Notes: generated by a model not told the origin, from the sequence alone. Positions 1 through 11,359 are shown, numbered from the stretch's first letter. The stretch is DNA of 64,000 nucleotides from an uncultured Nitrospiraceae bacterium (GCA_963727805.1 CAVSHF010000005.1:672001-736000), one strand, 5' to 3'. Translations and numbers: made by a program.

Positions 1-958
1 ACTCGACCCTCTCGCCCGAGGGACCGTTGACGGTGGTATGAAGGGACTGATACATATTCGATTTGGGAAGGCTGATGAAATCCTTAAAACGCCCGGGCAC
101 CAAGGGCCAAAGGGAATGAATAATGCCGAGGATGTCATAACAATGAGCGACTGTATCGGTAATGATCCTGATACCAATTACGTCGTAGACCTGCTCGAAG
201 GGGATTTTCTGCTTGATGATCTTCTGGTAAATGCTGTAATGATGTTTGAGACGACCTTTGATCTTCGCCTCTATATTCAATGGCTTGAGCTTTTCTGAAA
301 TAATCGAGATCACTTCACTGATAAATCGCTGACTCTCTGCCGTTCGCCTGGCGACCTTGATCTCAAGTTCATTATAAAGATCGGGCATAAGGGTCTTGAA
401 GCAAAGGTCTTCGAGCTCGATGCGCAACCAGCCAATCCCGAGCCTATTTGCAAGGGGCGCATAGATGTCGAGGGTCTCCCGCGCGATCCTTCTCTGCTTC
501 TCTTCGGGAAGGTGTTCGATAGTCCTCATGTTGTGTAGCCGGTCAGCAAACTTAATGAGGATGACCCTTACATCCTTGGCCATGGCGAGAAGCATCTTCC
601 TGAAGTTCTCAGCCTGTACTTCCTCGCGTGTCATAAACTCGACCTTGTTTAACTTGGTAACTGCATCGACAAGAAAAGCGATCTCGGCACCGAACATCCC
701 CTTAATGTCTTCCGCTGACATTCCGGTGTCTTCGATGGTATCATGGAGCAACCCCGCAGCGATTGTTGCTGAGTCAAGCTTCATGTCGGCGAGGATATCC
801 GCAACCGAAATGGGGTGCTGAATATATGGGGAGCCTTCCACCCGTGTCTGACTAGAGTGCGCATCACGCGAAAAAATGTAGGCCTTCTTGATGATTTCTA
901 TATTTGCCTTGGGATTATAGGCGAGGACCTTTTCCAGCAAATGCTCGATCTTTTCCAT
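1..958 (-). CDS. rel: RelA/SpoT family (p)ppGpp synthetase/hydrolase, N-terminal part (runs off window start)
   Basis: Not in the ORF track; translated by hand from ATG at 958: MEKIEHLLEKV..., HD motif AGLLHDTIEDT, IKFADRLHNM, YAPLANRLG, YQSLHTTV. Confidence 0.95.
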   Translation of the reverse strand, partial: MEKIEHLLEKVLAYNPKANIEIIKKAYIFSRDAHSSQTRVEGSPYIQHPISVADILADMKLDSATIAAGLLHDTIEDTGMSAEDIKGMFGAEIAFLVDAVTKLNKVEFMTREEVQAENFRKMLLAMAKDVRVILIKFADRLHNMRTIEHLPEEKQRRIARETLDIYAPLANRLGIGWLRIELEDLCFKTLMPDLYNELEIKVARRTAESQRFISEVISIISEKLKPLNIEAKIKGRLKHHYSIYQKIIKQKIPFEQVYDVIGIRIITDTVAHCYDILGIIHSLWPLVPGRFKDFISLPKSNMYQSLHTTVNGPSGERVE

Positions 959-1060
959 TTTTAATTATACCTGTTTATGTTTAAACATGAGAAGTCAGCG
1001 ACGGGAGCCGAATTGATCCTGACTTCTGACTCCTTATTCATATGTGTTAAGATAATTTCC

Positions 1061-2317
1061 ATGGAACAGTTGATTATCCGCGGAGGCAAAACCCTCAAAG
1101 GTGAGGTTGCGATAAGCGGCGCCAAGAACGCGGCTTTGCCGATTATAACCGCTTCAATACTCGCTCCGGGCGTCCACCAGATTACCAATGTACCGGAACT
1201 CCGCGACGTGGTCACCATGGGCCGCCTGATCGGCCACATGGGGGGCCTGACCGGCTATCGTGCGGGCATCATGACCTTGGATACCGGCCGCTTGAGGACT
1301 CCCGAAGCACCTTACGAACTCGTAAAGACCATGCGAGCATCAGTGCTTGTACTCGGTCCTCTCGTAGCGCGCTTCGGCAAGGCGCGGGTATCCCTACCAG
1401 GTGGCTGTGCTATTGGCGGGCGCCCAATTGATCAGCATATTAAAGGACTCGAAAAGCTCGGTGCAAAAATCACGCTTGAGGCTGGCTACGTAATCGCAAG
1501 GGCGAAGCAACTAAAAGGCTCGAAAATCTATTTCGATATCCCTACAGTAACCGGCACCGAAAACATCATGATGGCGGCCACCCTCGCCAAAGGTACGACA
1601 GTCCTAGAAAATGCCGCCCGTGAGCCTGAGGTAAAGGACCTCGCAGACTGTCTCATCTCCATGGGGGCTAAGATCAAGGGGGCTGGCGAGAGCGTCATCG
1701 AGATCATAGGCGTCGACAGCTTGATTCCCATTGCAAATTATGCAGTAATTCCCGACCGCATCGAGGCCGGCACCTTTATGGCTATTGCCGGAGCCTGCGG
1801 GGGAGACATCGTACTCAAGGGCTGCCGCACTGAGCACCTCGACGCCGTAGTCATGAAGCTCAAGGATGTCGGACTCCGTTTTGCTAATACGAAAAGAGGA
1901 CTCAGGGTCATCGGCCCGAAACGGCCCCAGTCATGCACCATTACGACTCTACCCTATCCTGGATTTCCAACTGATATGCAGGCCCAGATCATGGCCCTTG
2001 TGGCCATTGCCGGCGGCACGAGCATCATCCACGAGAACATATTCGAAAACCGTTTCATGCATGTGGCCGAGCTCCGGCGCATGGGAGCAAACATATCCAT
2101 TGACGGAGGCACTGCAGCGGTGAAAGGGGTTGACCGGCTCACCGGCGCTCCGGTCATGGCGACAGACCTGAGAGCCTCGGCGTCGCTCATTGTCGCTGCG
2201 CTATGCGCAAAGGGGCAGAGCTCGATTCAACGCATCTACCACCTTGACCGCGGGTACGAACGCATTGACGAGAAACTACGCAAGATCGGTGCCGATGTGA
2301 GACGCATAGCTGAATAA
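1061..2317 (+). CDS. murA: UDP-N-acetylglucosamine 1-carboxyvinyltransferase
   Basis: [14 protein letters not shown] (active-site Cys), [16 protein letters not shown]; start moved to ATG 1061 (MEQLIIRGG). Confidence 0.97.
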   Translation: MEQLIIRGGKTLKGEVAISGAKNAALPIITASILAPGVHQITNVPELRDVVTMGRLIGHMGGLTGYRAGIMTLDTGRLRTPEAPYELVKTMRASVLVLGPLVARFGKARVSLPGGCAIGGRPIDQHIKGLEKLGAKITLEAGYVIARAKQLKGSKIYFDIPTVTGTENIMMAATLAKGTTVLENAAREPEVKDLADCLISMGAKIKGAGESVIEIIGVDSLIPIANYAVIPDRIEAGTFMAIAGACGGDIVLKGCRTEHLDAVVMKLKDVGLRFANTKRGLRVIGPKRPQSCTITTLPYPGFPTDMQAQIMALVAIAGGTSIIHENIFENRFMHVAELRRMGANISIDGGTAAVKGVDRLTGAPVMATDLRASASLIVAALCAKGQSSIQRIYHLDRGYERIDEKLRKIGADVRRIAE

Positions 2318-2318
2318 G

Positions 2319-4061
2319 TTATTTTTTAAACATCTTCTTCAATTCAGAGGCTGATATCAGTATCCTGGTCGGCCTTCCATGAGGACAACGGTCGGGATCT
2401 TTACATGCATCAAGACTCTTGAGAAGCTCCGAAATGCTTATCTTGTCAGGCACTTCTTTTCCCCTTATCGATGAATGGCACGCAAGCCGGGCTGCGACAT
2501 TTCTTAGTACCGAACTCAAAGGTTCAACTGCCTTATACACTCCTGGTCCCTCTTCGGCAATGCACGCAGCAACATCGCTCAAAAGTTCTTTAACGTCCGA
2601 TTCCCTCAAAATTTCAGGGAGACTCCTGACCAGGAGCGTTCCGTGGCCGAAGTCCTCGGCCTCGATACCGAGGTCACTTAGCAGGGGTAGATTTTCAAGA
2701 ATAACCCTGTATTCTTTCGGCCCCACCTTTACCTGCTGCGGAAAGAGCAACCGATGAGATACGAGCTCATCTATCTTCAAAAGCTTCTCATAATTCACTC
2801 TCTCATGGGCTGCATGATAATCGAGCAGTATAAGCCCCTTTTCAGACGAAATTGCGACAAAAGTTTCTCCCAAATACAGGAAGGAGATGGTAGTCTCGTA
2901 AGCCAAGCCCAGCGATGCGGATATCGTTGTACAGCCCGAGGCACCTTGTCCTCCGTTCATGATGCCTCGATTCCCTTGTACTATCGGACCTGAAACATTT
3001 CCTACTGAATATTGGCCTTCGATCTTATCGCCCGCCGAAGTTACAGAAAGAAACTCCAGATCAGAGCCCTTTAAGGCCTCTTGTGCTGTCCTAAAGATGA
3101 GATTATAAATTCCGGTCTTATCCTCGAAACGCACCTCCCTCTTGGTGGGATGAACATTTACATCAACCCTTTCCGGATCGATATTGAGAAAAATGAAAAA
3201 GACAGGATGTTTATCCTTTGGAATGAGGTCGTTGTATGCCTTATATATGGCGTGGTTGACTGCCGGGTCCCTGATCGGCCTGCGGTTGATAAAGAGGTAC
3301 TGGCTGTTCCTATTACTCCGTACGTCCGAAGCCTTCCCTAAAAAAATCCTGAGGGAATAATCGTCACCCTCCACGGCAGTTTCTATCATACCATCTGCAA
3401 AGCCCTTTCCATAGACTTGCATTATCCGTTCCTTGACTGAGAAAGCCGGAGAGAGGGAAAGGATGTCTTCTCCCTCAATACGGAGGATAAAACCGATATC
3501 ACAATGCGACAGAGCCTCCCTCGTCACAGCGTCGATGATATGATAGTTTTCGGTGGTATCCGATTTAAGGAATTTACGTCTAGCGGGGGTATTGAAAAAA
3601 ATGTCTTTCACTTCGATCATCGTTCCGGAAGCAGCACAATCTTTCACGCTCTTTATCTCGCCTCCGGCCATTTCAGCGCAGATCCCTGTCATGGTTTCGG
3701 CTAACTCGCTGACCTTAGGTGCAGTAATAAGTCGCACTTTCGAGATTGCAGCGATTGAAGAGAGTGCCTCTCCCCTAAATCCCATTGAACATATTCGCAA
3801 TAGATCATCTTCCTCACTGATCTTGCTGGTTGCATACCGTTCAAATGCCAGAAGGGCATCCTCACGACCCATTCCATTGCCATTATCGGAAATTCTGATG
3901 AGTTTCTTTCCAGCGCCCAATATGGCGATCTCGATCCGTGAACTATCAGCATCAATGGCGTTCTCAACAAGTTCCTTAACAACCGATGCGGGACGTTCGA
4001 TTACCTCTCCCGCTGCAATCTTGTTCCTAAGCAAAAGCGGAAGGATTTTTATTATGTTCAT
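2319..4061 (-). CDS. mutL: DNA mismatch repair endonuclease MutL
   Basis: IAAGEVIERP, GFRGEAL, DVNVHPTKREV, C-terminal HAAHER/ACH/CPHGRP motifs. Confidence 0.97.
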   Translation of the reverse strand: MNIIKILPLLLRNKIAAGEVIERPASVVKELVENAIDADSSRIEIAILGAGKKLIRISDNGNGMGREDALLAFERYATSKISEEDDLLRICSMGFRGEALSSIAAISKVRLITAPKVSELAETMTGICAEMAGGEIKSVKDCAASGTMIEVKDIFFNTPARRKFLKSDTTENYHIIDAVTREALSHCDIGFILRIEGEDILSLSPAFSVKERIMQVYGKGFADGMIETAVEGDDYSLRIFLGKASDVRSNRNSQYLFINRRPIRDPAVNHAIYKAYNDLIPKDKHPVFFIFLNIDPERVDVNVHPTKREVRFEDKTGIYNLIFRTAQEALKGSDLEFLSVTSAGDKIEGQYSVGNVSGPIVQGNRGIMNGGQGASGCTTISASLGLAYETTISFLYLGETFVAISSEKGLILLDYHAAHERVNYEKLLKIDELVSHRLLFPQQVKVGPKEYRVILENLPLLSDLGIEAEDFGHGTLLVRSLPEILRESDVKELLSDVAACIAEEGPGVYKAVEPLSSVLRNVAARLACHSSIRGKEVPDKISISELLKSLDACKDPDRCPHGRPTRILISASELKKMFKK

Positions 4062-4244
4062 AATGCCTATTCTAACACAGCAAAAGCGGTTAAAGAGTTA
4101 CAATTATAAGATTCCCTGTAAAGCAAATAGTGCAGAGAACCATATGCAAGAGTTCGCCAACCATGAAGCAGCGACGCTCTTCGCCTCTATCACTCTTTGA
4201 TTCTGAAACTGTTCTTCATTATCCTCATAATGGTATAATTTATC

Positions 4245-5291
4245 ATGAAAAAAATCCTTATGCGGGGGAATGATGCCATTGCTGAAGCGGCCATTCAGGC
4301 AGAGTGCAGGTTCTATGCAGGCTACCCCATAACCCCTCAGAACGAAATCCCCGAATACATGGCAAGAAGGATGCCGGAAGTAGGTGGCATCTTTATCCAG
4401 GCTGAAAGCGAAATTGCCGCGATCAATATGGTCTATGGAGCTTCTGCCTGTGGCACAAGGGCTATGACCTCATCAAGCAGTCCGGGAATAAGCCTCAAGC
4501 AGGAATGCATATCTTTCCTCGCTGCGGCGCAACTTCCCGCCGTTATTGTAAATATGCAGCGGGGCGGGCCCGGTCTGGGGAATATCTCGGCGAGTCAGGG
4601 AGATTATTTTCAGGCGGTTAAGGGCGGCGGTCATGGCGACTACAGACTCTTGGTATATGCGCCATACAACTTACAGGAGTGCTGGGACCTGACCATGCTC
4701 TCCTTTGATAAGTCCGATGAATACAGGACCCCCGTCATGATCCTCGGGGATGCAATACTCGGTCAAATGATGGAGCCTTTCAATACTACTCCCTACGTGA
4801 AACCCGATCTGCCGCTAAAGACATGGGCACTCGGAGGCTGCAGGGGGAGAGCGCCGAATGTAGTGAAGTCGCTGTTTATGGGCGAAGGCGAACTGGAACT
4901 GCTGAATTACAAGCTCGCACAGAAATACCGTGACATGATAGAGCGGGAGGTAAAGTATCAGGAGTATATGACTGATGATGCCAGCCTTATCGTCGTAGCT
5001 TTCGGCATCTCGGCAAGGATCGCCTATTCTGCGGTGCGGAGGCTGAGAGGTGACGGCCGCAAGGTTGGCTTATTCAGACCTATTTCCCTCTATCCCTTCC
5101 CGGAACTCCGGCTTAACAATCTTGCAGGAGGGAGTACACGATTTCTGACTGTCGAACTGAATATGGGCCAGATGGTGGAAGATGTGAGGCTGGCAGTCAA
5201 CGGGAAGTCGGAAGTCCTCTTTTACGGCAAGCCCGGCGGCAGCATTATAACGCCAGAAGATCTTTACGATAAAATCTCAGGAATGCTGTAA
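4245..5291 (+). CDS. 2-oxoacid:ferredoxin oxidoreductase alpha subunit (VorB-like)
   Basis: GYPITP, QAESEIAA, TSSSSPG, QRGGPGLG, VELNMGQM. Confidence 0.9.
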   Translation: MKKILMRGNDAIAEAAIQAECRFYAGYPITPQNEIPEYMARRMPEVGGIFIQAESEIAAINMVYGASACGTRAMTSSSSPGISLKQECISFLAAAQLPAVIVNMQRGGPGLGNISASQGDYFQAVKGGGHGDYRLLVYAPYNLQECWDLTMLSFDKSDEYRTPVMILGDAILGQMMEPFNTTPYVKPDLPLKTWALGGCRGRAPNVVKSLFMGEGELELLNYKLAQKYRDMIEREVKYQEYMTDDASLIVVAFGISARIAYSAVRRLRGDGRKVGLFRPISLYPFPELRLNNLAGGSTRFLTVELNMGQMVEDVRLAVNGKSEVLFYGKPGGSIITPEDLYDKISGML

Positions 5292-6314
5292 TGCCTTGAT
5301 CTTTTCGAAGATCAGAGCCTTTGCAGTCTCGATATCAGCCTTAATCCTACAGCCCGCGGCGTTCTTATGCCCCCCGCCTTCAAACAGTTCGGCGATGCGG
5401 ACAACATTAAGATCATCCTTCGACCGCAGGCTCACTTTGTATTCGTCCTTGCCTATTTCCCTGAACATAACCGAAATATTGATGTTCTTCAGGATGCGAG
5501 GAAATGAGACGAAGTTTTCAGTATCGTCAGGTGAGGTGGAGGTTGCCTCTAACATCTTTTTCGTTACCAAGCTAAAGACGACGTCATCTCTAATTTCAAG
5601 GGATTCGATCACCTTCAGGTAGAGCTTGAAGCGATTGTCAGACCATGATTCATAGAGTTCGCGGTAAATAATGTGAGGCCTCGCTCCGCAATCAATAAGC
5701 TCAGCACCTACACGAAAAACCGCAGATGTAGCATTTTCAAAACGAAAATTCCCGGTATCGATGACAATAGCCGCATATAGGTTTGTCGCCATCTCTGGGG
5801 TTATAGTGATGTCAAGCGCCCTGATCAGGCAAAAAACCATCAGCCCTGTCGCTGCCGCTTTCGGCTCGATCCATTTAATGACTCCGAAAGGCTTCTGTGT
5901 TTGGTGATGATCTATCACAATAGTAGGCATCCCTCCGGCAAGCGCTTCCTTCAGGTCTTCGGCAGGGGGAGACTGCCGCATTTTTTCAAGACCAATCCGC
6001 TCGGGATCATTGCAGTCAAGAAGCATGAGCATACTGAAATCGCCTGGTTTATGCCCTGCGGCATGAAGAGATTCGAAAGTATGGAAGTGCTCATTGTATG
6101 GCAGAAAACGGTACTGATCGGGAATGTGATGCTTGTCGAGCAGGATCGCCTTCTTTCCCATTTTTTCGATAGCCATTGCAAGGGCGGCGGCCGACCCGAT
6201 AGCGTCTCCATCGGGATTGACATGCGTTGCAATAAGGAAATTATCGCTTTTTCTAAGTATGTCTATCAACGCTGGAGGCGGATCCAAGCTGTATTCAATG
6301 CACCGGGAATTCAT
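5277..6314 (-). CDS. nrnA: DHH-DHHA1 family oligoribonuclease/PAP phosphatase
   Basis: HVNPDGDA, IDHH, DTGNF, GGGHKNAAG; follows rbfA. Confidence 0.9.
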   Translation of the reverse strand: MNSRCIEYSLDPPPALIDILRKSDNFLIATHVNPDGDAIGSAAALAMAIEKMGKKAILLDKHHIPDQYRFLPYNEHFHTFESLHAAGHKPGDFSMLMLLDCNDPERIGLEKMRQSPPAEDLKEALAGGMPTIVIDHHQTQKPFGVIKWIEPKAAATGLMVFCLIRALDITITPEMATNLYAAIVIDTGNFRFENATSAVFRVGAELIDCGARPHIIYRELYESWSDNRFKLYLKVIESLEIRDDVVFSLVTKKMLEATSTSPDDTENFVSFPRILKNINISVMFREIGKDEYKVSLRSKDDLNVVRIAELFEGGGHKNAAGCRIKADIETAKALIFEKIKALQHS

Positions 6315-6679
6315 TCACCATCCTCTTGCTTTGGGGCCTGTTCACTGATCTCCTTGAGAAGCTTGTCGATCTTGAAACCCTGCTCTATGGACTCGTCGAT
6401 CCAGAACTCAAGTGTGGGGATAAATTTCGATCTGACTCTCTTGGCGACCTCGCTGCGGATTAGGCCCTTTGCGCCGTTAAGAATTTCGATGACAATGGCC
6501 TTTTCATCACTGTTCAGGACGCTAACGTATACGCGGGCGATCTTCAGATCCTCGGAGAGGCTGACGTCCGTAATAGTAACGAACCCAAGGCGGGGATCTT
6601 TGACCCGCCTCATTATAATGTCAGCGATCTCCTCCCTGAGGAGAATATTCAATCTTTGTGAGCGCTTGTATGGTTGCAT
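6311..6679 (-). CDS. rbfA: ribosome-binding factor A
   Basis: KDPRLGFVTIT, PTLEFWID; follows infB. Confidence 0.95.
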   Translation of the reverse strand: MQPYKRSQRLNILLREEIADIIMRRVKDPRLGFVTITDVSLSEDLKIARVYVSVLNSDEKAIVIEILNGAKGLIRSEVAKRVRSKFIPTLEFWIDESIEQGFKIDKLLKEISEQAPKQEDGE

Positions 6680-6718
6680 GACTTTGTTAAAAGGCGCACT
6701 TTCGGGGCAGTGACGATT

Positions 6719-9124
6719 TTACAATTTAGCAGCTATCTTCTCGATTACAAAATTCTCGAGGATGTCGCCGCTCTTGAGGTCGTTGAAGTTTTCTATCATT
6801 ATGCCGCATTCGTAGCCGGTCGCAACTTCGCGTACATCTTCCTTAAACCTTTTAAGAGAAGCTATCCTCCCCTGGTATACTACAATATTCTCGCGGATTA
6901 CCCTGATGCCATCACTAGATCGCAGCATCACACCGTCAATAACATGGCAGCCGGCGATCGTACCGAGTCGTGAAACCGAAAAGGTCTGACGCACCTCGGC
7001 CCTGCCCATCACCTTTTCCTTGATTGTCGGCTCGAGCATCCCTTCGAGTGCCTTTTTAACGTTCTCGATAGCTTCGTAGATAATATTGTAAAGCCTTAGA
7101 TCGACGCCTTCCTTTTCAGCAAGCTGCGCTGCCTTCGTTTCCGGCCTAACGTTGAAGCCGATAATAATTGCGTTAGATGCTGCCGCCAACATGACGTCTG
7201 ATTCATTGATTCCACCCACCGAAGCATGGATAACGTTCACCTTGACCTCAGCATGGGTTATGCCTTCGAATGCGCTCTTGATGGCCTCAACCGAGCCTTG
7301 GACATCACCTTTAAGTACGATGTTCAAGTCGCGAATCTGGCCTTCTTTGATCTTTGCATAAAGTTCATCAAGGGTTAGCTTCGGGTGTTTGATAATATCG
7401 CTGCCCTTCTGCTTCTGGAGCCTGATGAGGGCAATCTGCCTCGCTTTTCTCTCGTCCTCGACAACGGAAAAAATATCTCCAGATGTCGGGACTTCCGCGA
7501 AACCAATTACTTCAACCGGCGTTGATGGGCCGGCTTGGTGTATCTTTTTACCAGTGTCGTCGATAAGAGCACGCACCTTGCCTGATGTACCACCGGCGAC
7601 AAAGGCATCTCCGACCTTCAATGAGCCTGACTGGATGAGGACGGTGGCGATGGGCCCGCGTCCCCGGTCAAGTTTCGCCTCGATAATCGTACCTTTAGCC
7701 GGCCTGTTCGGGTTCGCCTTAAGCTCCATGATATCGGACTGAAGCAGAATCATTTCGAGAAGCCGTTCGATGCCAATCCGCTTCTTTGCAGACACCTCAA
7801 CAAAAATATTCTGTCCACCCCATTCTTCAGAGACCACACCATGTTCGGCGAGTTCCTGTCTCACCCGCTGGAGATTCGCTTCGGGTTTGTCTATCTTGTT
7901 AACCGCCACCACAATAGGGACTTTTGCCGCCTTTGCATGATCGATGGCCTCGATAGTCTGCGGCATTACGCCGTCATCGGCTGCAACGACAAGGACAACA
8001 ATATCGGTGACTTTCGCTCCCCTGGCCCTTAGTGCTGTAAACGCCTCGTGACCGGGGGTATCGAGAAATGTAATATATTTCCCCTGAAGAGAAACTTTAT
8101 ATGCGCCGATGTGCTGGGTAATGCCGCCTGCCTCGGTCTCGGTCACCTTCGTTACCCGGATTGCGTCAAGGAGAGATGTCTTGCCGTGGTCGACATGGCC
8201 CATGATCGTAACCACCGGAGGTCTTGGTACAAGGTCCTCTTTCCCTTCGACTACCGCTTCAATGACGTCGAGTTGCTCGGAAGAGGCGAATTCAATCTTG
8301 ACACTAAAGTTATCGGCAACGAGTATCGCTGCATCCATGTCCACGGGTTGGTTGATTGTCGGCATATACCCAAGATCCATGAACTTCTTGATCACCTCGG
8401 GTACCTTGTGGCCGATGGCATCGGCAAACTCTTTCACTGTCGTCCCTTCCTGAAGTTTAATCGATTTTTTCCTCGGAGCAGTAATCGGCGGAGGAAGGAC
8501 AGGCTCGGGTCTTCTGAACCTATTCGGTCTCTTTGCTGCCTTGAGATCCACCCATTTCTTCTGCTCTATCTTCCTGACGGTCTGAAATGCCTTTTGCATG
8601 GCCGGCTTGACCTTGATCTTCTCCAATTTTTCGACCTCAACCTCCTTACGGAAGCGATCAGGTATTGCAACCTCTTCTTCCTCTGCTGTGGCAATCACCG
8701 GCGATTCGGGTTCCAGGGTCTTTTCTTCAACAAATGACCTCATCGGTGGCAGAGCAGCCTCTCTTCTGTTATCTTCCTCTCTGATTTCCTTTTTTAATCC
8801 CTCTTTTTTTTGAGGCTCCGGCTTTACCTTTATCGTGGGAATCTCCCTTTCGGGCTTTTTCTCTTTACGCGAAACAATCTCTTTTTTGATTTCCTGCTTT
8901 ATCGGCTTTGGATAAGCCTCAGTAACTTTTTCGCCAGCTTGTGCTGGCTTTGAGGTTACGAAGACATTCCTTATCTTCTGTACTTCCTCGTCACTTAGCT
9001 TTATATTTGTCGTTCCCTTCTTATATTCGGCGCCTCTCAGTTTAGCGACAGCCGTGACCACATCGGTCGCTTTTACTCCAAGTTCCTTTGCCAGTTCAGC
9101 GCTTTTTATCCCATCAGCGGACAT
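6719..9124 (-). CDS. infB: translation initiation factor IF-2
   Basis: [29 protein letters not shown]-terminus. Confidence 0.98.
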   Translation of the reverse strand: MSADGIKSAELAKELGVKATDVVTAVAKLRGAEYKKGTTNIKLSDEEVQKIRNVFVTSKPAQAGEKVTEAYPKPIKQEIKKEIVSRKEKKPEREIPTIKVKPEPQKKEGLKKEIREEDNRREAALPPMRSFVEEKTLEPESPVIATAEEEEVAIPDRFRKEVEVEKLEKIKVKPAMQKAFQTVRKIEQKKWVDLKAAKRPNRFRRPEPVLPPPITAPRKKSIKLQEGTTVKEFADAIGHKVPEVIKKFMDLGYMPTINQPVDMDAAILVADNFSVKIEFASSEQLDVIEAVVEGKEDLVPRPPVVTIMGHVDHGKTSLLDAIRVTKVTETEAGGITQHIGAYKVSLQGKYITFLDTPGHEAFTALRARGAKVTDIVVLVVAADDGVMPQTIEAIDHAKAAKVPIVVAVNKIDKPEANLQRVRQELAEHGVVSEEWGGQNIFVEVSAKKRIGIERLLEMILLQSDIMELKANPNRPAKGTIIEAKLDRGRGPIATVLIQSGSLKVGDAFVAGGTSGKVRALIDDTGKKIHQAGPSTPVEVIGFAEVPTSGDIFSVVEDERKARQIALIRLQKQKGSDIIKHPKLTLDELYAKIKEGQIRDLNIVLKGDVQGSVEAIKSAFEGITHAEVKVNVIHASVGGINESDVMLAAASNAIIIGFNVRPETKAAQLAEKEGVDLRLYNIIYEAIENVKKALEGMLEPTIKEKVMGRAEVRQTFSVSRLGTIAGCHVIDGVMLRSSDGIRVIRENIVVYQGRIASLKRFKEDVREVATGYECGIMIENFNDLKSGDILENFVIEKIAAKL

Positions 9125-9239
9125 TTATTCTGCTCCTTCCGTGAGACTGTCTGCATTAATCATCGAAGTCTCTTGTAACAACGTAACTAAAATGTTATCA
9201 TAAAAGACTTTATATATGCAATGAATCAAGGAGGCTACA

Positions 9240-9428
9240 ATGGCAGTTTGTCAGGTCTGCGGCAAGAAAAGAACGATGGGCAACAACGTGAGTCACGCCA
9301 ATAACAGAACGAAAAGGATCATCCTGCCGAACATACAGAGGATCAAGATTGCGACCGAAGGCGGAGCAAAAAGGGCCTATGTTTGCACAAGATGTCTCAG
9401 ATCGAACAAGGTCGTAAAAGCGGTATAA
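9240..9428 (+). CDS. rpmB: 50S ribosomal protein L28 (Cys-containing)
   Basis: [35 protein letters not shown]. Confidence 0.97.
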   Translation: MAVCQVCGKKRTMGNNVSHANNRTKRIILPNIQRIKIATEGGAKRAYVCTRCLRSNKVVKAV

Positions 9429-9508
9429 CCCATCGGAAGCAAAAGGCCAGAAAGGAGGGTTCGTGTATCGCGATATAATCCCTCCCTCAGGCCTCGCAGT
9501 GTTTAGCC

Positions 9509-9976
9509 ATGCGTAAGCAATCTCTGCATCCAGTCGACGCCCTGTTGAATTCTCTGTTCCGAGACCTGGGCATCTCTGAACGCATCCGAATTGAGACACT
9601 AAGGCGGAAGTGGTGCAGCATCTTCGCCGAACCACTTTCCAGTCACACGGCACCAGCAGATCTCAAGGATGGCAAACTTGTCATCGCGGTCGATTCGCCG
9701 GCATGGCTTCAGCATTTGAAGTTTCTAAAAAGAGAAATATCTGGCAAACTCAAGTCGCACGGCATCAAGGACATAAAGCTCAAACTCGGGCGCGTCCACA
9801 TCGACAACGACCATCAGATGCCGGGAAAATTAGCACCCCCTGAATTCTTCAGGGAATTGACTGATGAGGACATCGCTCGCATCGATCACACGATATCGGG
9901 AGTCGAGGACGGGGAACTAAAAGACGTTATCAAGCAGGCGATGGAAAAAGCGACCAGGAGAAAGTTACGAGATTGA
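9509..9976 (+). CDS. DUF721/DciA-like protein
   Basis: W..I.....HT.P..L.DG.L.I.VDSPAW.Q.L pattern. Confidence 0.75.
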   Translation: MRKQSLHPVDALLNSLFRDLGISERIRIETLRRKWCSIFAEPLSSHTAPADLKDGKLVIAVDSPAWLQHLKFLKREISGKLKSHGIKDIKLKLGRVHIDNDHQMPGKLAPPEFFRELTDEDIARIDHTISGVEDGELKDVIKQAMEKATRRKLRD

Positions 9977-9987
9977 CAGGGGTTACA

Positions 9988-10047
9988 TTAAAAAGAGTTA
10001 AAGGGCGATAGAGTTGAACACATCTTTTGCCCATTAACTCTTTTTAA
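9988..10047. terminator. probable bidirectional terminator between convergent dciA-like gene and clpX
   Basis: Inverted repeat TTAAAAAGAGTTAA.GGGC ... GCCC.TTAACTCTTTTTAA. Confidence 0.7.
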
Positions 10048-11289
10048 CTATGCCGATTCAGCCACTTTGTGGTAGACAATGAGCGGCTTTTCCTTTTTGT
10101 GGATCGCTTCTTCATTGACGACACATTCGGCGACTTCCCTCTTAGAGGGAATCTCGTACATGATATCTAGCATCACGTCCTCGAGGATCGACCGCAATCC
10201 CCTGGCTCCTGCCTTTCTATCAATAGCTTTTTTTGCGACTGCTGCCAGGGCACTTTCGGTGAATTTCAACTTAACATTATCAAGCGAGAAGAGTTTCTGA
10301 TACTGTTTCACCAGTGCGTTCTTAGGCTCTGTCAGAATCCTGATGAGGGCTGCCTCATCCAGCTCGGTAAGCGTCGCAATCACCGGAAGCCTCCCGATGA
10401 ATTCGGGGATAAGTCCGTACTTGAGCAGGTCTTCGGGTTCTACGGACTCAATGATGTTCGCAGCCTTCTTCTCCTCTTCCCTGAGCGGCTCGGAACCAAA
10501 GCCTATCCTTTTTTTACCGCTTCGCTCTTCGATGATCTTGTCGAGACCTACAAATGCACCTCCGCAGATGAAAAGGATATTAGTTGTATCGAGAGGTATA
10601 TACTCCTGCTGTGGATGCTTCCTGCCACCCTGGGGAGGGATGTTGGCCACAGTACCCTCAACAATTTTCAGTAGGGCCTGCTGCACTCCCTCACCGGATA
10701 CATCCCTAGTGATGGAAGGGCTATCGCTCTTCCTGCTGATCTTGTCAATCTCATCGATGTAGACAATGCCAATCTGGGCGCGCCCCACATCGTAATTGGC
10801 AGCCTGAAGGAGCTTCAGCAGGACGTTCTCGACGTCCTCGCCGACATATCCAGCCTCAGTCAGTGTCGTAGCGTCGGCAATGGTGAAGGGAACATCGAGG
10901 AGACGAGCAAGCGTCTGCGCAAAGAGCGTCTTGCCGGTTCCCGTAGGCCCTATCATAAGGATGTTGCTTTTCTGTAGTTCTACGTCAGATTTCGAACCTT
11001 TGAATATCCTTTTGTAGTGGTTGTGCACCGCCACAGCGAGAACCTTCTTGGCCCGTTCCTGGCCGATTACATAATCATTCAGAAATTTGTGTATCTCTGA
11101 AGGCGTGGGAAGCTTTTTAGCGGGTACTTCCTCCCGATTGCTTAACTCCTCTTCTATAATCTCATCGCAGAGGCTGACACATTCATTGCAAATGTATACC
11201 ATTGGCCCCGCAATAAGCTTTTTAACCTCATCTTGCCCCTTCCCGCAGAAGGAACACCTGAGGACCGATTCATTAGATTTTTTCGCCAT
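10048..11289 (-). CDS. clpX: ATP-dependent Clp protease ATPase subunit
   Basis: CSFC..CNEC zinc domain, [16 protein letters not shown] loop; start at MAKKSNES after GGAGG. Confidence 0.98.
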   Translation of the reverse strand: MAKKSNESVLRCSFCGKGQDEVKKLIAGPMVYICNECVSLCDEIIEEELSNREEVPAKKLPTPSEIHKFLNDYVIGQERAKKVLAVAVHNHYKRIFKGSKSDVELQKSNILMIGPTGTGKTLFAQTLARLLDVPFTIADATTLTEAGYVGEDVENVLLKLLQAANYDVGRAQIGIVYIDEIDKISRKSDSPSITRDVSGEGVQQALLKIVEGTVANIPPQGGRKHPQQEYIPLDTTNILFICGGAFVGLDKIIEERSGKKRIGFGSEPLREEEKKAANIIESVEPEDLLKYGLIPEFIGRLPVIATLTELDEAALIRILTEPKNALVKQYQKLFSLDNVKLKFTESALAAVAKKAIDRKAGARGLRSILEDVMLDIMYEIPSKREVAECVVNEEAIHKKEKPLIVYHKVAESA

Positions 11290-11359
11290 AGTTCTCCTCC
11301 ACGTACCAGCGCAGCCGGCACCCTTCTTCGCAGACGTATAGCAATACGCCCCCTGCTTC

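Noticed and set aside
2785..2830. MutL endonuclease motif reads DYHAAHER rather than DQHAAHER
   Set aside because: The second position varies among homologs and the metal ligands plus ACH and CPHGRP are intact.
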